A DNA stretch of 64,000 nt, from IMG/VR virus record IMGVR_UViG_3300027851_000026, one strand, 5' to 3'. The stretch comes from an uncultured virus (IMG/VR IMGVR_UViG_3300027851_000026). Its lineage: Duplodnaviria; Heunggongvirae; Uroviricota; Caudoviricetes. A model generated the notes under the pieces. That model made no database searches and was not told the origin of the DNA. It saw only the letters and a program-made list of their open reading frames with translations. Shown one piece after another: positions 21,248-31,268 of this stretch; position 1 is the stretch's first letter, and each line of letters begins with the position of its first letter. Both the position numbers and the translations under genes were made by a program.

Positions 21248-22500
21248 GTCACTCCAAGTTTGCGTGCAACATCTTCAAGGAACAGTTCATTCTTCAAGAA
21301 CTCAGTGGCCACGTACATGCGACGTGGTCTACTGCGTGGATTCTCAATCTCATACATCTTGATCAAGTCAAGCTCGTGGAATGTTTCTACAAGTGTTCTC
21401 AACTCATTAGCAGCGCGCCCGCTAATAGAACAAGAACGATACAAGTGGCTATGAGAGATTCCAGCATCACCAGCTTCCAAGATAACTGTGCGAATGCGTT
21501 TAGCCAGCTTGAGAGACGTGACATTTTCTTTGGCTCCTGTGAAGAGTTCTGTTCCGTAGTGCTTGATGGAATCGACAAAGCGGATAGCTCTCTGAATATA
21601 ATCATCGTCGATTGACCATGCTCGTTCATTGCACGCCATGAGACCTGCAATTCGCAAGACATGTCCGTCCTCACGGGATTCAAAACTTTCACGGTATACG
21701 TCTCGATGTGATTGACGTTGGCTATACCACCGAGTAAACGTTCTAAGCGCCGCATTGTTGATGCCGATACGGTTATAACTTCTGCTCTCATCAACTAACT
21801 CCGTGAGTTGTTTCACAAGTGCATCTTGCGTAACACGTGGTGCTTCTTCACCCCACGCTACAAGTCTTTTGCGATTTCGCCCGTGGATGAAATAACAGCG
21901 AGACGTGAAACCACCTGCAATAATCTCTGGCCGTACCGCTGTTGCAAGCCACGACGGTGTTGATCCAGCCAGAAAACTGCAGTATACATTTTTGAAGTTA
22001 AGCTCTCCAGTGCGCAGAGACCCACCACCGCTCCGCTCATCAGGACAATCATACAAATCAGTAAGCAAAGCAGGGATGCCAGCAATCTGAGTACCGCGTC
22101 CGAGCATAGCTGCAAGCTCAGATGCCACCAGTACAATCTGTGCAGCACCATGCTCTCGCGTAGCAGTTGATAATTCATTGAGAAGGTGTCCTATCGTCAC
22201 TTTGGATTCGATTAGAAGTGTAGTAGACTGCACTTCCGTCATGTATCGACGCAATAACGAAGTTGCCGCCCGGATAGAAGATGACTTGCGCAGTATCCCG
22301 CTCTCTGAGACAAGTATGCAGTACATATTTAGATGTACAGGTGCACTCGGGCGAGCGACAACGATCTGTCTTCCCAGAGCCGCTGATAACGTCCACAGTG
22401 CACATGTGTAATCATAGATGAGCGGTGTTTCAGTCTCGCTCATCCCTTCCATGTAGTTAGAGATGAATGTGTTAGGCGGTGAGTACGGTACTGTACTCAT
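21244..22500 (-). CDS. DUF3987/YfjI-like ATPase (helicase-like) with C-terminal winged helix
   Basis: NMYCILVSESGILRKSS P-loop variant, LTDLYDC, STP.W, GGFTSR. Confidence 0.75.
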   Translation of the reverse strand: MSTVPYSPPNTFISNYMEGMSETETPLIYDYTCALWTLSAALGRQIVVARPSAPVHLNMYCILVSESGILRKSSSIRAATSLLRRYMTEVQSTTLLIESKVTIGHLLNELSTATREHGAAQIVLVASELAAMLGRGTQIAGIPALLTDLYDCPDERSGGGSLRTGELNFKNVYCSFLAGSTPSWLATAVRPEIIAGGFTSRCYFIHGRNRKRLVAWGEEAPRVTQDALVKQLTELVDESRSYNRIGINNAALRTFTRWYSQRQSHRDVYRESFESREDGHVLRIAGLMACNERAWSIDDDYIQRAIRFVDSIKHYGTELFTGAKENVTSLKLAKRIRTVILEAGDAGISHSHLYRSCSISGRAANELRTLVETFHELDLIKMYEIENPRSRPRRMYVATEFLKNELFLEDVARKLGVT

Positions 22501-22503
22501 ATC

Positions 22504-24975
22504 TTAACCTTTCCACTTCTGCGTGATCGTGCTCCAGCGATGGATACCATTGTCGTCTGGGACGGAAAGCTTGATGTCCGCTGGGATAACCAACTCTTGA
22601 TCTCTGACAATGAGCGGCTTTGCAGCATGTCGCTTAAATATACTTGCGACTGTGGGCATGTCCTCAAGTCGCGCAAGAGCGATGAGTGCGTCGTGGATAT
22701 TGAGAGTGACCGCAGCCTCAAGCCCGTTGCGACTACGTGGCCATTCGGGGTCTTCGTGAGAGAGATAGATGATCTCACATACCTTGTCTCCAATAGACGA
22801 TTGAGGTTCAAAGGCGACGATTGGCGTAAGGATTTCATCATCGATGCGGGATAGTAGTACCCAACGACGACCGTACGCATTGTATAGCTTCTTGTCACGC
22901 TCAACACGCATACGTAAATCTTGCCATGCAATTCCAATTTCTGGAAAGGCAGCGTGATAGAGTCTGTGTGCACGTGTTGCCTCCGCTACTGAGACACCGA
23001 ACTTTGCTGCTGCGGTGTCTGGCATGAGTCTGTAATTAAAGCCATGTACTGAGCGTTTACCTTGATATCGCAAGGTGGGTTTGTGATCAGCGGTCCAGTC
23101 TTCTTTTGGCACTGTGTCGTATGGAACGTTAAAGATACGTGCTGCATTGAGACGATGTACATCATAGTTGTCAGGGTCCGTTGCTGCTAGTCTGAAGTTC
23201 TCAATCAATCCCTTAACGCCCCAAGCAATTGCAACGTAGCGTGCCTCTGCTTGTGACAGATCGAAGTACACGAAGCCATAGCCGGGCGGTGCAATGAACA
23301 TCGAACGAGCACGCTCTGGCTGGTTCTGCAAGTTCATGCCGCTTTCCCACATCACTGCACCAGATGAGAGTCGTCCCGGTGCTGATGTAGTGCCCCACTG
23401 ACGCCACTCACAACGCATGCGATCATCATCGTCTGTGCGTGAGCGTGCGTATGTGGTGAGAAACTTGTGTTCTTCTTTGTACTTGTCGAGTGCTGCAAGC
23501 ATCTCTTTGCTAGCTGCACTTGTGTTCGGATGCGAGCCAATGCGACGGCGATTGTCTTCATCTGTTGACTTACCAATGCCGACGAGCTTGAGCTTGTCAA
23601 AGAACAGTTCGCGCATCTGCTTCGGACTGTTCGGATTGATCGTGAGTGTGGGGTCGCTCACTGCAAGCTGTGCTTTGTGAACGAAATCAGCTTCGAGCTT
23701 GTCAACATCTTCAGCGAGTGTGACAGCGAGATTCTTCTTCAATTCTGTGTCGATGAGAATGCCGTTGCTTGTCATCTCTACAAGATGTGGCTGTAGACGC
23801 ATCACGTGGTTGAAGAAGAACTTGTCTAGCTGCTGTGCTCTCAGTTCTTTATGAGTTTCCGACGCAACTTGGTGAGTGATGCAACAGTCCTTGACATTAT
23901 ATCGCCAGAAGCTATCGATGTCACCAACGTCCTTCCATCCATCCTTGTCATCTTTATAGAACGGGTGTTCGGTGTACGCTGTAGTGAGAAAAGCAAGACT
24001 GTGAGGTAGTGATGGATATAGAGTGTGATGTGCCAGAAGAGTGTCATAGTCTACCCTCGTCTTGATTCTGTCCTTGTATCGCATCCAGTAGCTATCGAAG
24101 TTACCGTTCTGCGCTACGAATTGAATGTCTGTACGCTTGAACAGTTCGGCAATCTCCAGTCGCACGGCAATCTCTTCGTGGATATCAAAGCGAGACGTGC
24201 TGTGGAAGGTACGAAAGTTGATGCACATGCCTTCGTGTGGATCGTTAGCGAATCCGATGCATGCTGTTTCGTTGTTGATGGTTTCGATGTCGTAGGATAC
24301 AGGCTTCCCATCAGCGGCCATCTTGCGAAGGAAGTCAATTGCTTCACGCTTCGTTGGGTTGATGATGTGATTGATCAGATGTGGTTTGTACTTGCCAGTG
24401 AGCAGTCTGTTGAATCGTGCAACGTCGATCGAGAAATGCACTTCTACAGTAGGATCGTGAATCATAAACGCAGGGTTGTAGCTGATCAGCATGTGCCCGT
24501 TGTTCTGGAAACCCATCATCTTGTCGAATTCCAGCACAGAACCACGCCACTTCTTGATACCTGTGTGACCTGTGATTGCTTCAAGTGCGACGTTTCCAAG
24601 CACGAGAATGTACTTGAGATTGGGAAGCGAGTTCAACTCTTGACGTAGCACTGTCGCCCACTTCGCTAGTTCTTCCTTGCTCACTGCCGACTTCTCGCGT
24701 CCACCGTCGTTGTCTTTCTTCAACAGTGGACGCTTCACTACATTGGTAATGTAACAGTGTTCGCGGCGTACATTGATCTTGCCAAGCTTCTCCCACAGCA
24801 GGCGACCTGAGTTGCCGATGAGTGGTTGCTTCAAGATCACTTCTGTCTCGCCGGGAAACTCCGCTATCACTGCGATCTGTGATGACGGAGAACCCGAGCC
24901 GAGAACAGCATACTCAAGATGCAGAGACTCGCAATGTGCTACTGTCTGCTGCTGTAGTGGTGTCATGTGTTGCAT
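22504..24975 (-). CDS. polA: DNA polymerase A with N-terminal uracil-DNA-glycosylase-like domain
   Basis: UDG4-like AEFPG..E...P.IG.SG..L and TNVVK; exonuclease YDIET, QNGNFD, YNVKD; polymerase GRLSS, NLQN, DLSQAEAR, IHDA. Confidence 0.93.
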   Translation of the reverse strand: MQHMTPLQQQTVAHCESLHLEYAVLGSGSPSSQIAVIAEFPGETEVILKQPLIGNSGRLLWEKLGKINVRREHCYITNVVKRPLLKKDNDGGREKSAVSKEELAKWATVLRQELNSLPNLKYILVLGNVALEAITGHTGIKKWRGSVLEFDKMMGFQNNGHMLISYNPAFMIHDPTVEVHFSIDVARFNRLLTGKYKPHLINHIINPTKREAIDFLRKMAADGKPVSYDIETINNETACIGFANDPHEGMCINFRTFHSTSRFDIHEEIAVRLEIAELFKRTDIQFVAQNGNFDSYWMRYKDRIKTRVDYDTLLAHHTLYPSLPHSLAFLTTAYTEHPFYKDDKDGWKDVGDIDSFWRYNVKDCCITHQVASETHKELRAQQLDKFFFNHVMRLQPHLVEMTSNGILIDTELKKNLAVTLAEDVDKLEADFVHKAQLAVSDPTLTINPNSPKQMRELFFDKLKLVGIGKSTDEDNRRRIGSHPNTSAASKEMLAALDKYKEEHKFLTTYARSRTDDDDRMRCEWRQWGTTSAPGRLSSGAVMWESGMNLQNQPERARSMFIAPPGYGFVYFDLSQAEARYVAIAWGVKGLIENFRLAATDPDNYDVHRLNAARIFNVPYDTVPKEDWTADHKPTLRYQGKRSVHGFNYRLMPDTAAAKFGVSVAEATRAHRLYHAAFPEIGIAWQDLRMRVERDKKLYNAYGRRWVLLSRIDDEILTPIVAFEPQSSIGDKVCEIIYLSHEDPEWPRSRNGLEAAVTLNIHDALIALARLEDMPTVASIFKRHAAKPLIVRDQELVIPADIKLSVPDDNGIHRWSTITQKWKG

Positions 24976-24995
24976 GAGCTTGCTGCCCTGTGTTT

Positions 24996-25253
24996 CTACG
25001 AATGCATCTCATTGTGGAAGTGTTGCCACAATGTGCGATGTCTCTCACGCAATCTCTTAGCAATGATCTTGCGTTCGCGGCTATGCTTAGCAGTATCACG
25101 TTCAACTTTCCCAGTGTACAGACTAAACGTGAATACTCGATCACGTCCGTCGAGCGTCTGACCAAGTGGAGAGATTGAGAAGTGATACTGCAACAGCGTT
25201 CCGTATTCTGTCGCAGTAGGTTTGTTGATTGAGCCTTTGATGATCAGTTGCAT
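24996..25253 (-). CDS. Hypothetical protein
   Basis: ORF filling operon gap. Confidence 0.5.
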   Translation of the reverse strand: MQLIIKGSINKPTATEYGTLLQYHFSISPLGQTLDGRDRVFTFSLYTGKVERDTAKHSRERKIIAKRLRERHRTLWQHFHNEMHS

Positions 25254-25255
25254 GA

Positions 25256-25843
25256 CTATCGAAAGTCCTTCTCCCAATCGATTGTTTTCATTGTCTCTAC
25301 TGCAGGAAACTTGTTCATTATAACACGTAATCCTTGCAATGTCAACCAATGCAGCGTTCCATCGTTGTGTATGTCTACAGTCTCGCAGACACCGTCTGGT
25401 AGATAGCTACGACTGTCGCCGCTGAAGTCAGTTCCAGCACGATGAATACGCACAATAAGACAGTTGGCTTTTCCAGCAGAAGCCACCACGCGATTAACTT
25501 CGCTGACAAAACCACAATCAGACACAACAACAAGCTTGTTAGCAGCATTCTTTGCCTCCTGCCATAGTAGTGATCCGAAGATGTCATTACCGTAGCGTGG
25601 CTTCATGAACTCTTCGGATAGCCTAATCAATGTATATCGAATCGTCTCATCGCGGAGTGTCTTGACAGGCATCTCCTTGAACTCTTCGATATATCGCATG
25701 TCCACATTCAACAAGCCTGCAACCATGCGCTTGATCGGTGCTGCAAACTTGAGGTGTGAGAACTTGAGATACGGTACGAGTTGCTGGACGAGAGTGTCCT
25801 TACCGCAGCGAGGCGGTCCGTTGAGTAGTACCAACTGTGTCAT
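25256..25843 (-). CDS. Deoxynucleoside monophosphate kinase-like
   Basis: NGPPRCGKDT P-loop, FAAPIK, VSDCGF..E, DSR. Confidence 0.8.
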   Translation of the reverse strand: MTQLVLLNGPPRCGKDTLVQQLVPYLKFSHLKFAAPIKRMVAGLLNVDMRYIEEFKEMPVKTLRDETIRYTLIRLSEEFMKPRYGNDIFGSLLWQEAKNAANKLVVVSDCGFVSEVNRVVASAGKANCLIVRIHRAGTDFSGDSRSYLPDGVCETVDIHNDGTLHWLTLQGLRVIMNKFPAVETMKTIDWEKDFR

Positions 25844-25844
25844 G

Positions 25845-26231
25845 TTAGTACGCCTTTCCACCATCCTTGACGCGATTCTCAAGCTTGTGATCAGCACGCT
25901 GCTCGTTGTACTTCAACTTCTCAGCAACTGCTTCACCAAGTTCGAGCTTCATCCACTGAGCAAGTGATGCAATGCGAATAATAGCATCAGCAAGTTCAAC
26001 TTCTACACCCTTGCGATGTGGGAGATGATCGTCCATCTTGTTCTTGCGGTGTGCTTCAAGAGCTTCGGAGATTTCACTGTGAATCAGTGCGATCTTTGTG
26101 CCGAATTCTTTGTTGACATCAAGCTCCTGCTTTGTAACAGGATCGAGGCGCCAACCAGCTTTGTCTTCTGCGTGTCCACAGAACTCGACAATCGTATCAA
26201 CTGCAAGCTCTAGATGATCCATCGTTCGCAT
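25845..26231 (-). CDS. MazG-like NTP pyrophosphohydrolase
   Basis: LIHSEISEALEA.RK...VELADAIIRI...K..YN..R. Confidence 0.85.
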   Translation of the reverse strand: MRTMDHLELAVDTIVEFCGHAEDKAGWRLDPVTKQELDVNKEFGTKIALIHSEISEALEAHRKNKMDDHLPHRKGVEVELADAIIRIASLAQWMKLELGEAVAEKLKYNEQRADHKLENRVKDGGKAY

Positions 26232-26232
26232 C

Positions 26233-27507
26233 TCAAACACTCCGTCGCTGGGTTGACACTGCACTCTGCAAGCTACGCAAATCACTGATGATCGTGGTGT
26301 GCTTACGTGCACGTGTGATCGCTGTGTAGAAATTGCTGCGATCTTGCAGCATGAACACACTCTTATCCATCAGGTACACCACGTTGAAGTATTCACTGCC
26401 CTGTGATGCATGTGTCGTGATCACGTACGCATGAGCAATTACAACACGAGGATCATAGCCCTTCACGCTGCCATCTGCCATCTGGTACTCGACCCACGGT
26501 GGTACTGCAATCGTGCGATCACCGAAGTCAATGACGATTTGGTCATGGATGAATTCCTTAACGATGCCTGTCTCACCGTTGAAGATTTCGAGATTGTAAT
26601 CGTTCTTACGCCACAGAATCTTGTCGCCGGGAACGAGTACGAGTTGCTTGATCTTGTCGTATCGAGTGCGCGGCATGACCTGAGCCATGTGCATCTTGTC
26701 GCCATGCAGCAGCTTCTGGATGCGTTCGTTCATCGAAATCGTACCAATCCATCCCTTGTGCGTGGGAGAGATGATCTGATTGTCGAGAGTGGTGAAGTCA
26801 ACATCACCAGCCATGATAATGTCTTCGATGGTGGTGACTGGATTCTTGCCAATCATCATCTTAAAGTCATCAGTCTGCGTCGGCATCATGCCTTTGAGAA
26901 TACGTGCGCCGTTCGTGACGATGCCGCTGCCTTCACCCTGTCGGTAAATCTTCTCAAGCGTTACACTCGGAAACACTTTGAGATGCTTCTGGAATGGTGA
27001 CGGTTTCGGCACAGTGTTGAAGCCACCTTCTTCGATCGGAGGAAGCTGATTCACGTCACCGAACACACGCACGAGTCCACCGTTGGGGATAGCGTCGAGC
27101 AAGTTGCGATCAAGCTCTGAGTTGACCATGCTGTATTCATCGACGAGTACGACACTTGCATCGAGTCGATTGTCAGGCTTGCGCTTCGGGACAGAGATGC
27201 CGAGAATCTTTCCTGTCTTCTCATCCGGATCACCGGGATGCGTGTACTCTAGAAGACGGTGAAGCGTAGTAGCGGGTAGCCCTGTGGCCTCGCTAATACG
27301 CTTCGCTGCTTTGCCGGTCGGTGCGGCTACTGAAACTGTATGTCCGGCTTCGATGAATGCTTCTGCAATCTGCTTCATCAACCGCGTCTTGCCTGTGCCT
27401 GCGCTACCAGTGACGCCTACGATGCGATCAGTGGTGCCACATCCAAGCGTTACCGCTTCCTGCTGCTTTGCGTCCGGCAGCATGGGTGTATCGGATTCCG
27501 TACTCAT
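26233..27507 (-). CDS. RecD/Dda-like SF1B helicase
   Basis: GSAGTGKT, APTGKAA, DEYSM, GD..QLPPI, YRQ, T.HASQGSEY, YTAITRA. Confidence 0.92.
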   Translation of the reverse strand: MSTESDTPMLPDAKQQEAVTLGCGTTDRIVGVTGSAGTGKTRLMKQIAEAFIEAGHTVSVAAPTGKAAKRISEATGLPATTLHRLLEYTHPGDPDEKTGKILGISVPKRKPDNRLDASVVLVDEYSMVNSELDRNLLDAIPNGGLVRVFGDVNQLPPIEEGGFNTVPKPSPFQKHLKVFPSVTLEKIYRQGEGSGIVTNGARILKGMMPTQTDDFKMMIGKNPVTTIEDIIMAGDVDFTTLDNQIISPTHKGWIGTISMNERIQKLLHGDKMHMAQVMPRTRYDKIKQLVLVPGDKILWRKNDYNLEIFNGETGIVKEFIHDQIVIDFGDRTIAVPPWVEYQMADGSVKGYDPRVVIAHAYVITTHASQGSEYFNVVYLMDKSVFMLQDRSNFYTAITRARKHTTIISDLRSLQSAVSTQRRSV

Positions 27508-27623
27508 TGTGTGTGTTCCTCTGTGTGTTCAGCGTGAAGTGATGGTCATACGCATCACGTCCGTGTACCGTCTCGACAGTTACAGAACCGTCGTCGTGCT
27601 CAGTAGTGATCTGGAAAACGTCA

Positions 27624-27896
27624 TCATCTACTTCGATTACCTGCGTTGTCATTGTCCTTCTCCTGTTCCTTAGATGCTACGGCTGCTCTGTTCTCTAACG
27701 CGCGAGCCATGTTATAGCTGCTTGCTCTCATGAATTCTGACTCCGATAGTCCTAGGATTCCTGCCCATTTCGAGGTGAGCAATCGACTTCTTTCGTTGGT
27801 GCGGATAGTGACTCGACTGGCGCTGCTGTGTGACTTGGCATGTACTCCGTGGTTAGGTTCATGTGGTTCTGGTATCATCACTTCGATGCGATCCAT
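27624..27896 (-). CDS. Putative ribbon-helix-helix DNA-binding protein
   Basis: RVTIR...LGLSESEFMR pattern. Confidence 0.5.
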   Translation of the reverse strand: MDRIEVMIPEPHEPNHGVHAKSHSSASRVTIRTNERSRLLTSKWAGILGLSESEFMRASSYNMARALENRAAVASKEQEKDNDNAGNRSR

Positions 27897-27911
27897 GTAC
27901 TCTCCTGCGTG

Positions 27912-27986
27912 TGGTGCCGGGTGAGAGGATCGAACTCCCGACCGTCGCCTTACAAAGACGCTGCACTACCGCTGTGCTAACCCGGC
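27912..27986 (-). tRNA. tRNA-Thr(UGU)
   Basis: Cloverleaf: GCCGGGT/ACCCGGC acceptor stem, GCAC/GTGC D arm, loop TTTGTAA, TTCGA T-loop, encoded CCA. Confidence 0.92.
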
Positions 27987-27998
27987 TGATCACAGATA

Positions 27999-28032
27999 CA
28001 AAACAGGCCGGGAGTTGTGCGCTCCCGGCCTG
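27999..28032 (-). terminator. Intrinsic terminator-like hairpin
   Basis: CAGGCCGGGAG/CTCCCGGCCTG stem followed by TTTT on - strand. Confidence 0.7.
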
Positions 28033-28056
28033 CCTAGCTCACGTAGTGTGTGCTAG

Positions 28057-28308
28057 TTACGCAGACGCAGCAAGCGGAGCATCAGCGGCGGTACGCGGCT
28101 TGCGGACCTTCGGCTGAATCGTGATACGCTTGTACTGCAGATCGCGGTCGCCCATCATACGATCAACGAACGCCGGACCGAAGTCTTCAACAATCTCGAC
28201 CTCGCCGTCGATGGTGCCCTTGTAGACGAGAGCAATCTCACGCGGCTTCGGGGCACGAGCAACGGCCTTGCGCTTCGGCTTCGCAGTCTGAGTGGTGGGA
28301 GCAGCCAT
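28057..28308 (-). CDS. Small basic protein
   Basis: AAGGA RBS, strong codon bias. Confidence 0.7.
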   Translation of the reverse strand: MAAPTTQTAKPKRKAVARAPKPREIALVYKGTIDGEVEIVEDFGPAFVDRMMGDRDLQYKRITIQPKVRKPRTAADAPLAASA

Positions 28309-28408
28309 GGTATTAGTCCTTCTAATGTGTGTTGATTAAACTCGCATCGGACAGGACCATCCCTGTCCGATGCGTACTCTTTACTCTAGTCTATCCAGTA
28401 CGTCAAGC

Positions 28409-28837
28409 CTACGCAGGCTCAACAGCCTGAATTTCCGCACGCTTCTCGCCGTTGTACTCGCTCTCACCGACCTTGAGATTGGCGCTCTTGCCAATGAAGT
28501 CATTGAGATCGACGCGACGGCCGAGAGAGACGCGCATAGCCTCACCGAACTTGCGAAGCTGGTAGCGGCTACGCATGTCATCAGAGAGGGGAACGCGGCG
28601 GAAGATGAGCTTCACGGCATCCTTCTGCACAGCCGCGAAGTCAGGCGGGAACTGATCCGGAGCAATCGTGAACTCAACAGCAGCGTACATGCTGCCCTTC
28701 TGCGACTGCTTCTGTTCAGCGCCGGTGCACGTACCGAGATAGGTGCGAGTAGGCAGCGGCGGCGGGGCTTCTGCAGTCGAGATGTCCTGCGAGAAGTCAA
28801 TAACGCTGCCGAACTGCGTCGTGTTGTCATCAGCCAT
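28409..28837 (-). CDS. Putative ssDNA-binding protein (DUF669-like)
   Basis: PLP...Y, DFIG...YNGE.R..I motifs; next to AAA ATPase. Confidence 0.65.
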   Translation of the reverse strand: MADDNTTQFGSVIDFSQDISTAEAPPPLPTRTYLGTCTGAEQKQSQKGSMYAAVEFTIAPDQFPPDFAAVQKDAVKLIFRRVPLSDDMRSRYQLRKFGEAMRVSLGRRVDLNDFIGKSANLKVGESEYNGEKRAEIQAVEPA

Positions 28838-28878
28838 AGTGTGTTCTCTCTTTCAACGTTGATGTTACCAGTAGTGCA

Positions 28879-29664
28879 CTACTTGGGTAGTTGCAGCTTC
28901 TCGTAGTTACTCTCTTGCCACTGCTTGAACAGCATTTCGAGAGTGACTTTGTTCGGCTGCGTCTTGGTGCTGCTGATGAAGTCGTAGCCTGACTGTGTGT
29001 CAAACATGCGAGTCTTCATCGGCTTAGCCAAGCCTATCTGGCGTACTGTGACGCGGCGCTCAGTGCCGGTGTCTTGCATACGCCAAACCTCTGAAAGCTG
29101 TTTCGGTACGTCAACCTGTAGAGTGCCGCCAAGCATGACAGCAATTGATTGGATGACGCCAGCTTCGTTTGTTTGTGGTGGTCCTTCGTGACCGATCATG
29201 ATTAGATGTCGATTCATCTTACCTGTGGCAATGAGTAGGCCGTTAACAAGTCCATTCGTGAATCTATTGCGATATCCATATCCTGCGGGACCAGGGTTCT
29301 CGAATGTACTACCCGGTGCGCGTCCGACACTGTATGACACGCAATTGTTGACGAACTGAGTGATGCTGTCGACAACGACTGTGGTGATATCGGGGTCATC
29401 TCTCAATATCCCTTCTATGTTGAACGGGTTGACTGTCTTAGCTTGCTCGACATAGTTCACCGCTTCTGTGCTGTAGTCAAGCACGGTTACGTTGTCTCGT
29501 TGTTCTTTCGCTACACCCGCAGTGCCTTCATTGTCGAAGTTGATCCACAACTTCTTACCCGGTGCAGTAGATGCGAGATGTGTCTTGCCGCATCCAGGTA
29601 GTCCCCATAGGAACATGGAGACACGTTTGTTACTTGATGCAAGTGGAGTAAGCGTGACGACCAT
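28879..29664 (-). CDS. AAA_24/Sak4-like ATPase
   Basis: WGLPGCGKT, VVVDSIT, IGHE. Confidence 0.8.
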   Translation of the reverse strand: MVVTLTPLASSNKRVSMFLWGLPGCGKTHLASTAPGKKLWINFDNEGTAGVAKEQRDNVTVLDYSTEAVNYVEQAKTVNPFNIEGILRDDPDITTVVVDSITQFVNNCVSYSVGRAPGSTFENPGPAGYGYRNRFTNGLVNGLLIATGKMNRHLIMIGHEGPPQTNEAGVIQSIAVMLGGTLQVDVPKQLSEVWRMQDTGTERRVTVRQIGLAKPMKTRMFDTQSGYDFISSTKTQPNKVTLEMLFKQWQESNYEKLQLPK

Positions 29665-29814
29665 TTATGACAACTTATTCAAGAGTGCAGCGATCTTATC
29701 TGCGGTCTGTTGATTGTCGCAGAGGCATTCGATAGCGTCATCTTCTGACTTCGTTGTATCAACGACTGCATAGTCCCAACCGTCCATGTCAACTTCTTCA
29801 ACTACGTATCGCAT
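29665..29814 (-). CDS. 49-aa acidic hypothetical protein
   Basis: MRYVVEEVD...; fills gap exactly, AAGGAAG upstream. Confidence 0.55.
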   Translation of the reverse strand: MRYVVEEVDMDGWDYAVVDTTKSEDDAIECLCDNQQTADKIAALLNKLS

Positions 29815-29815
29815 G

Positions 29816-30955
29816 TCACACTTCCTTCTCTTGTAGATGATTGAGTGGCGACCATTCTTCTACGCGCATACTTTCAACAGCGTCGCTCTGTTCCTCGCGA
29901 GTAAGACTGCAAAAAGGGATGAACTCACACGCGGAGAAGTATCGGTTGCAGGAATGACTATATCGGGGTGCCTCATGAGGGCGTGACACGTAGCTTTCAT
30001 ACGTGGCGATTCCTTGGAAAAACCATTCGCACCATCTAAGGCGATCAGACTCGGTGCGCGACTCAGGCTGAAACACAACGCCGTTGTAAGCATCGCGCGG
30101 AAGCGGTATCTGTGTTCCCATGACTTCTGCATTGAATACGTCCTCGTTGAGAATGCATGTACCTGCGATAGTGTAGCCTGTCACTTGATGTGAGATGGCG
30201 AAGCTGTTCTTCCATGACTGCGAGAGTTGTGCAGCAGTCTTGTTCTCACCGACGATGGCGTGTGAGCCGTACTGGTGGATGCCGTCGATGCGTCCGCAGT
30301 AGTATTGCACTTCGTTTTTTGTCCATGCAGGACCGTCACCAAAGCTTACCTTACTGTTCCGCATCTTCGTTACTTCCAACACGAACGGTATCTCAATGCC
30401 TATGATGCCATCACGAACAAGTACAGGCTTATCGCTAGCAAGGTAACGATCCGCATAGGCCAGACAAGCGGTCTCCATGTTGGACATCGTTCGCTTACGA
30501 TCACTAGGATCATCGTAATAACCGCTAGTATGAAGAGCACTAAGAGCAAATAGCTGTGCATTGTTCACTCGATCACTGTCTTGTGGTACGGCGAGCATCT
30601 CTGCCATACGCTCATCACCGAATAGATGCATGCCATGCTTGTAGATTTCAGGAGCAAGTAGCAGCTTGCCGTTCTGAATCTCGCCTAGTGACCACAATCT
30701 GAGAGCAGCAAAGAAATCATGGCAAGCGCTACCACACTCAACAGCCAACCTACGGCCACCAGAGGTAAGAGGATAATCAGTGCGATGCAAAGCGTAGCGT
30801 AGTACACCAAACGTGGGACAAGTGTTGATCGCCGTGAGTTTGGTGAAGTCATAGAACACCTGCCCCGCAAGTCTCAACTTGTCCGCATCCTCAAGTGAGA
30901 TATTGCGTATGTGATACTCGATGCTATGCGGTTCGTTTTTGATGATCAATGTCAA
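29816..30955 (-). CDS. PD-(D/E)XK (Cas4/RecB-like) exonuclease
   Basis: CP, G...H, GRIDG, ENKT, Q..GY, C-terminal C....C.F...C. Confidence 0.82.
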   Translation of the reverse strand: MTLIIKNEPHSIEYHIRNISLEDADKLRLAGQVFYDFTKLTAINTCPTFGVLRYALHRTDYPLTSGGRRLAVECGSACHDFFAALRLWSLGEIQNGKLLLAPEIYKHGMHLFGDERMAEMLAVPQDSDRVNNAQLFALSALHTSGYYDDPSDRKRTMSNMETACLAYADRYLASDKPVLVRDGIIGIEIPFVLEVTKMRNSKVSFGDGPAWTKNEVQYYCGRIDGIHQYGSHAIVGENKTAAQLSQSWKNSFAISHQVTGYTIAGTCILNEDVFNAEVMGTQIPLPRDAYNGVVFQPESRTESDRLRWCEWFFQGIATYESYVSRPHEAPRYSHSCNRYFSACEFIPFCSLTREEQSDAVESMRVEEWSPLNHLQEKEV

Positions 30956-31266
30956 GAAAGCCTCCCGCGTGTTTGTGTGTCATCGGGATCGTCATCTTGA
31001 GCATCAACAGCAGCAACACCGCTGCTCATGTTCTTGACCATTTCTTCAACGCCGAGCTTGTTCAACATGTCATCACGTACGCCGAGCTTGCGAATCATCT
31101 CGGTTGTCAAGTCGATCAGCTTGTTGAATTCAGTCGCGAACAGCATCATCTGATCGTGTTGGATGCGAAGACGTTCGTGCATTGCACAGATCACAGAAGT
31201 CTCACGCGGGTCCTTGTGCATCTGTTTCCACAGTTCCTCGACTTGCCGTACCTTCATCAGTGCCAT
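30952..31266 (-). CDS. Hypothetical protein
   Basis: ORF in operon. Confidence 0.6.
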   Translation of the reverse strand: MALMKVRQVEELWKQMHKDPRETSVICAMHERLRIQHDQMMLFATEFNKLIDLTTEMIRKLGVRDDMLNKLGVEEMVKNMSSGVAAVDAQDDDPDDTQTRGRLS

Positions 31267-31268
31267 GA

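Noticed and set aside
22504..26231. Z-genome or other defined base-modification pathway
   Set aside because: No PurZ, DatZ, thymidylate-synthase-like or queuosine-pathway genes recognised
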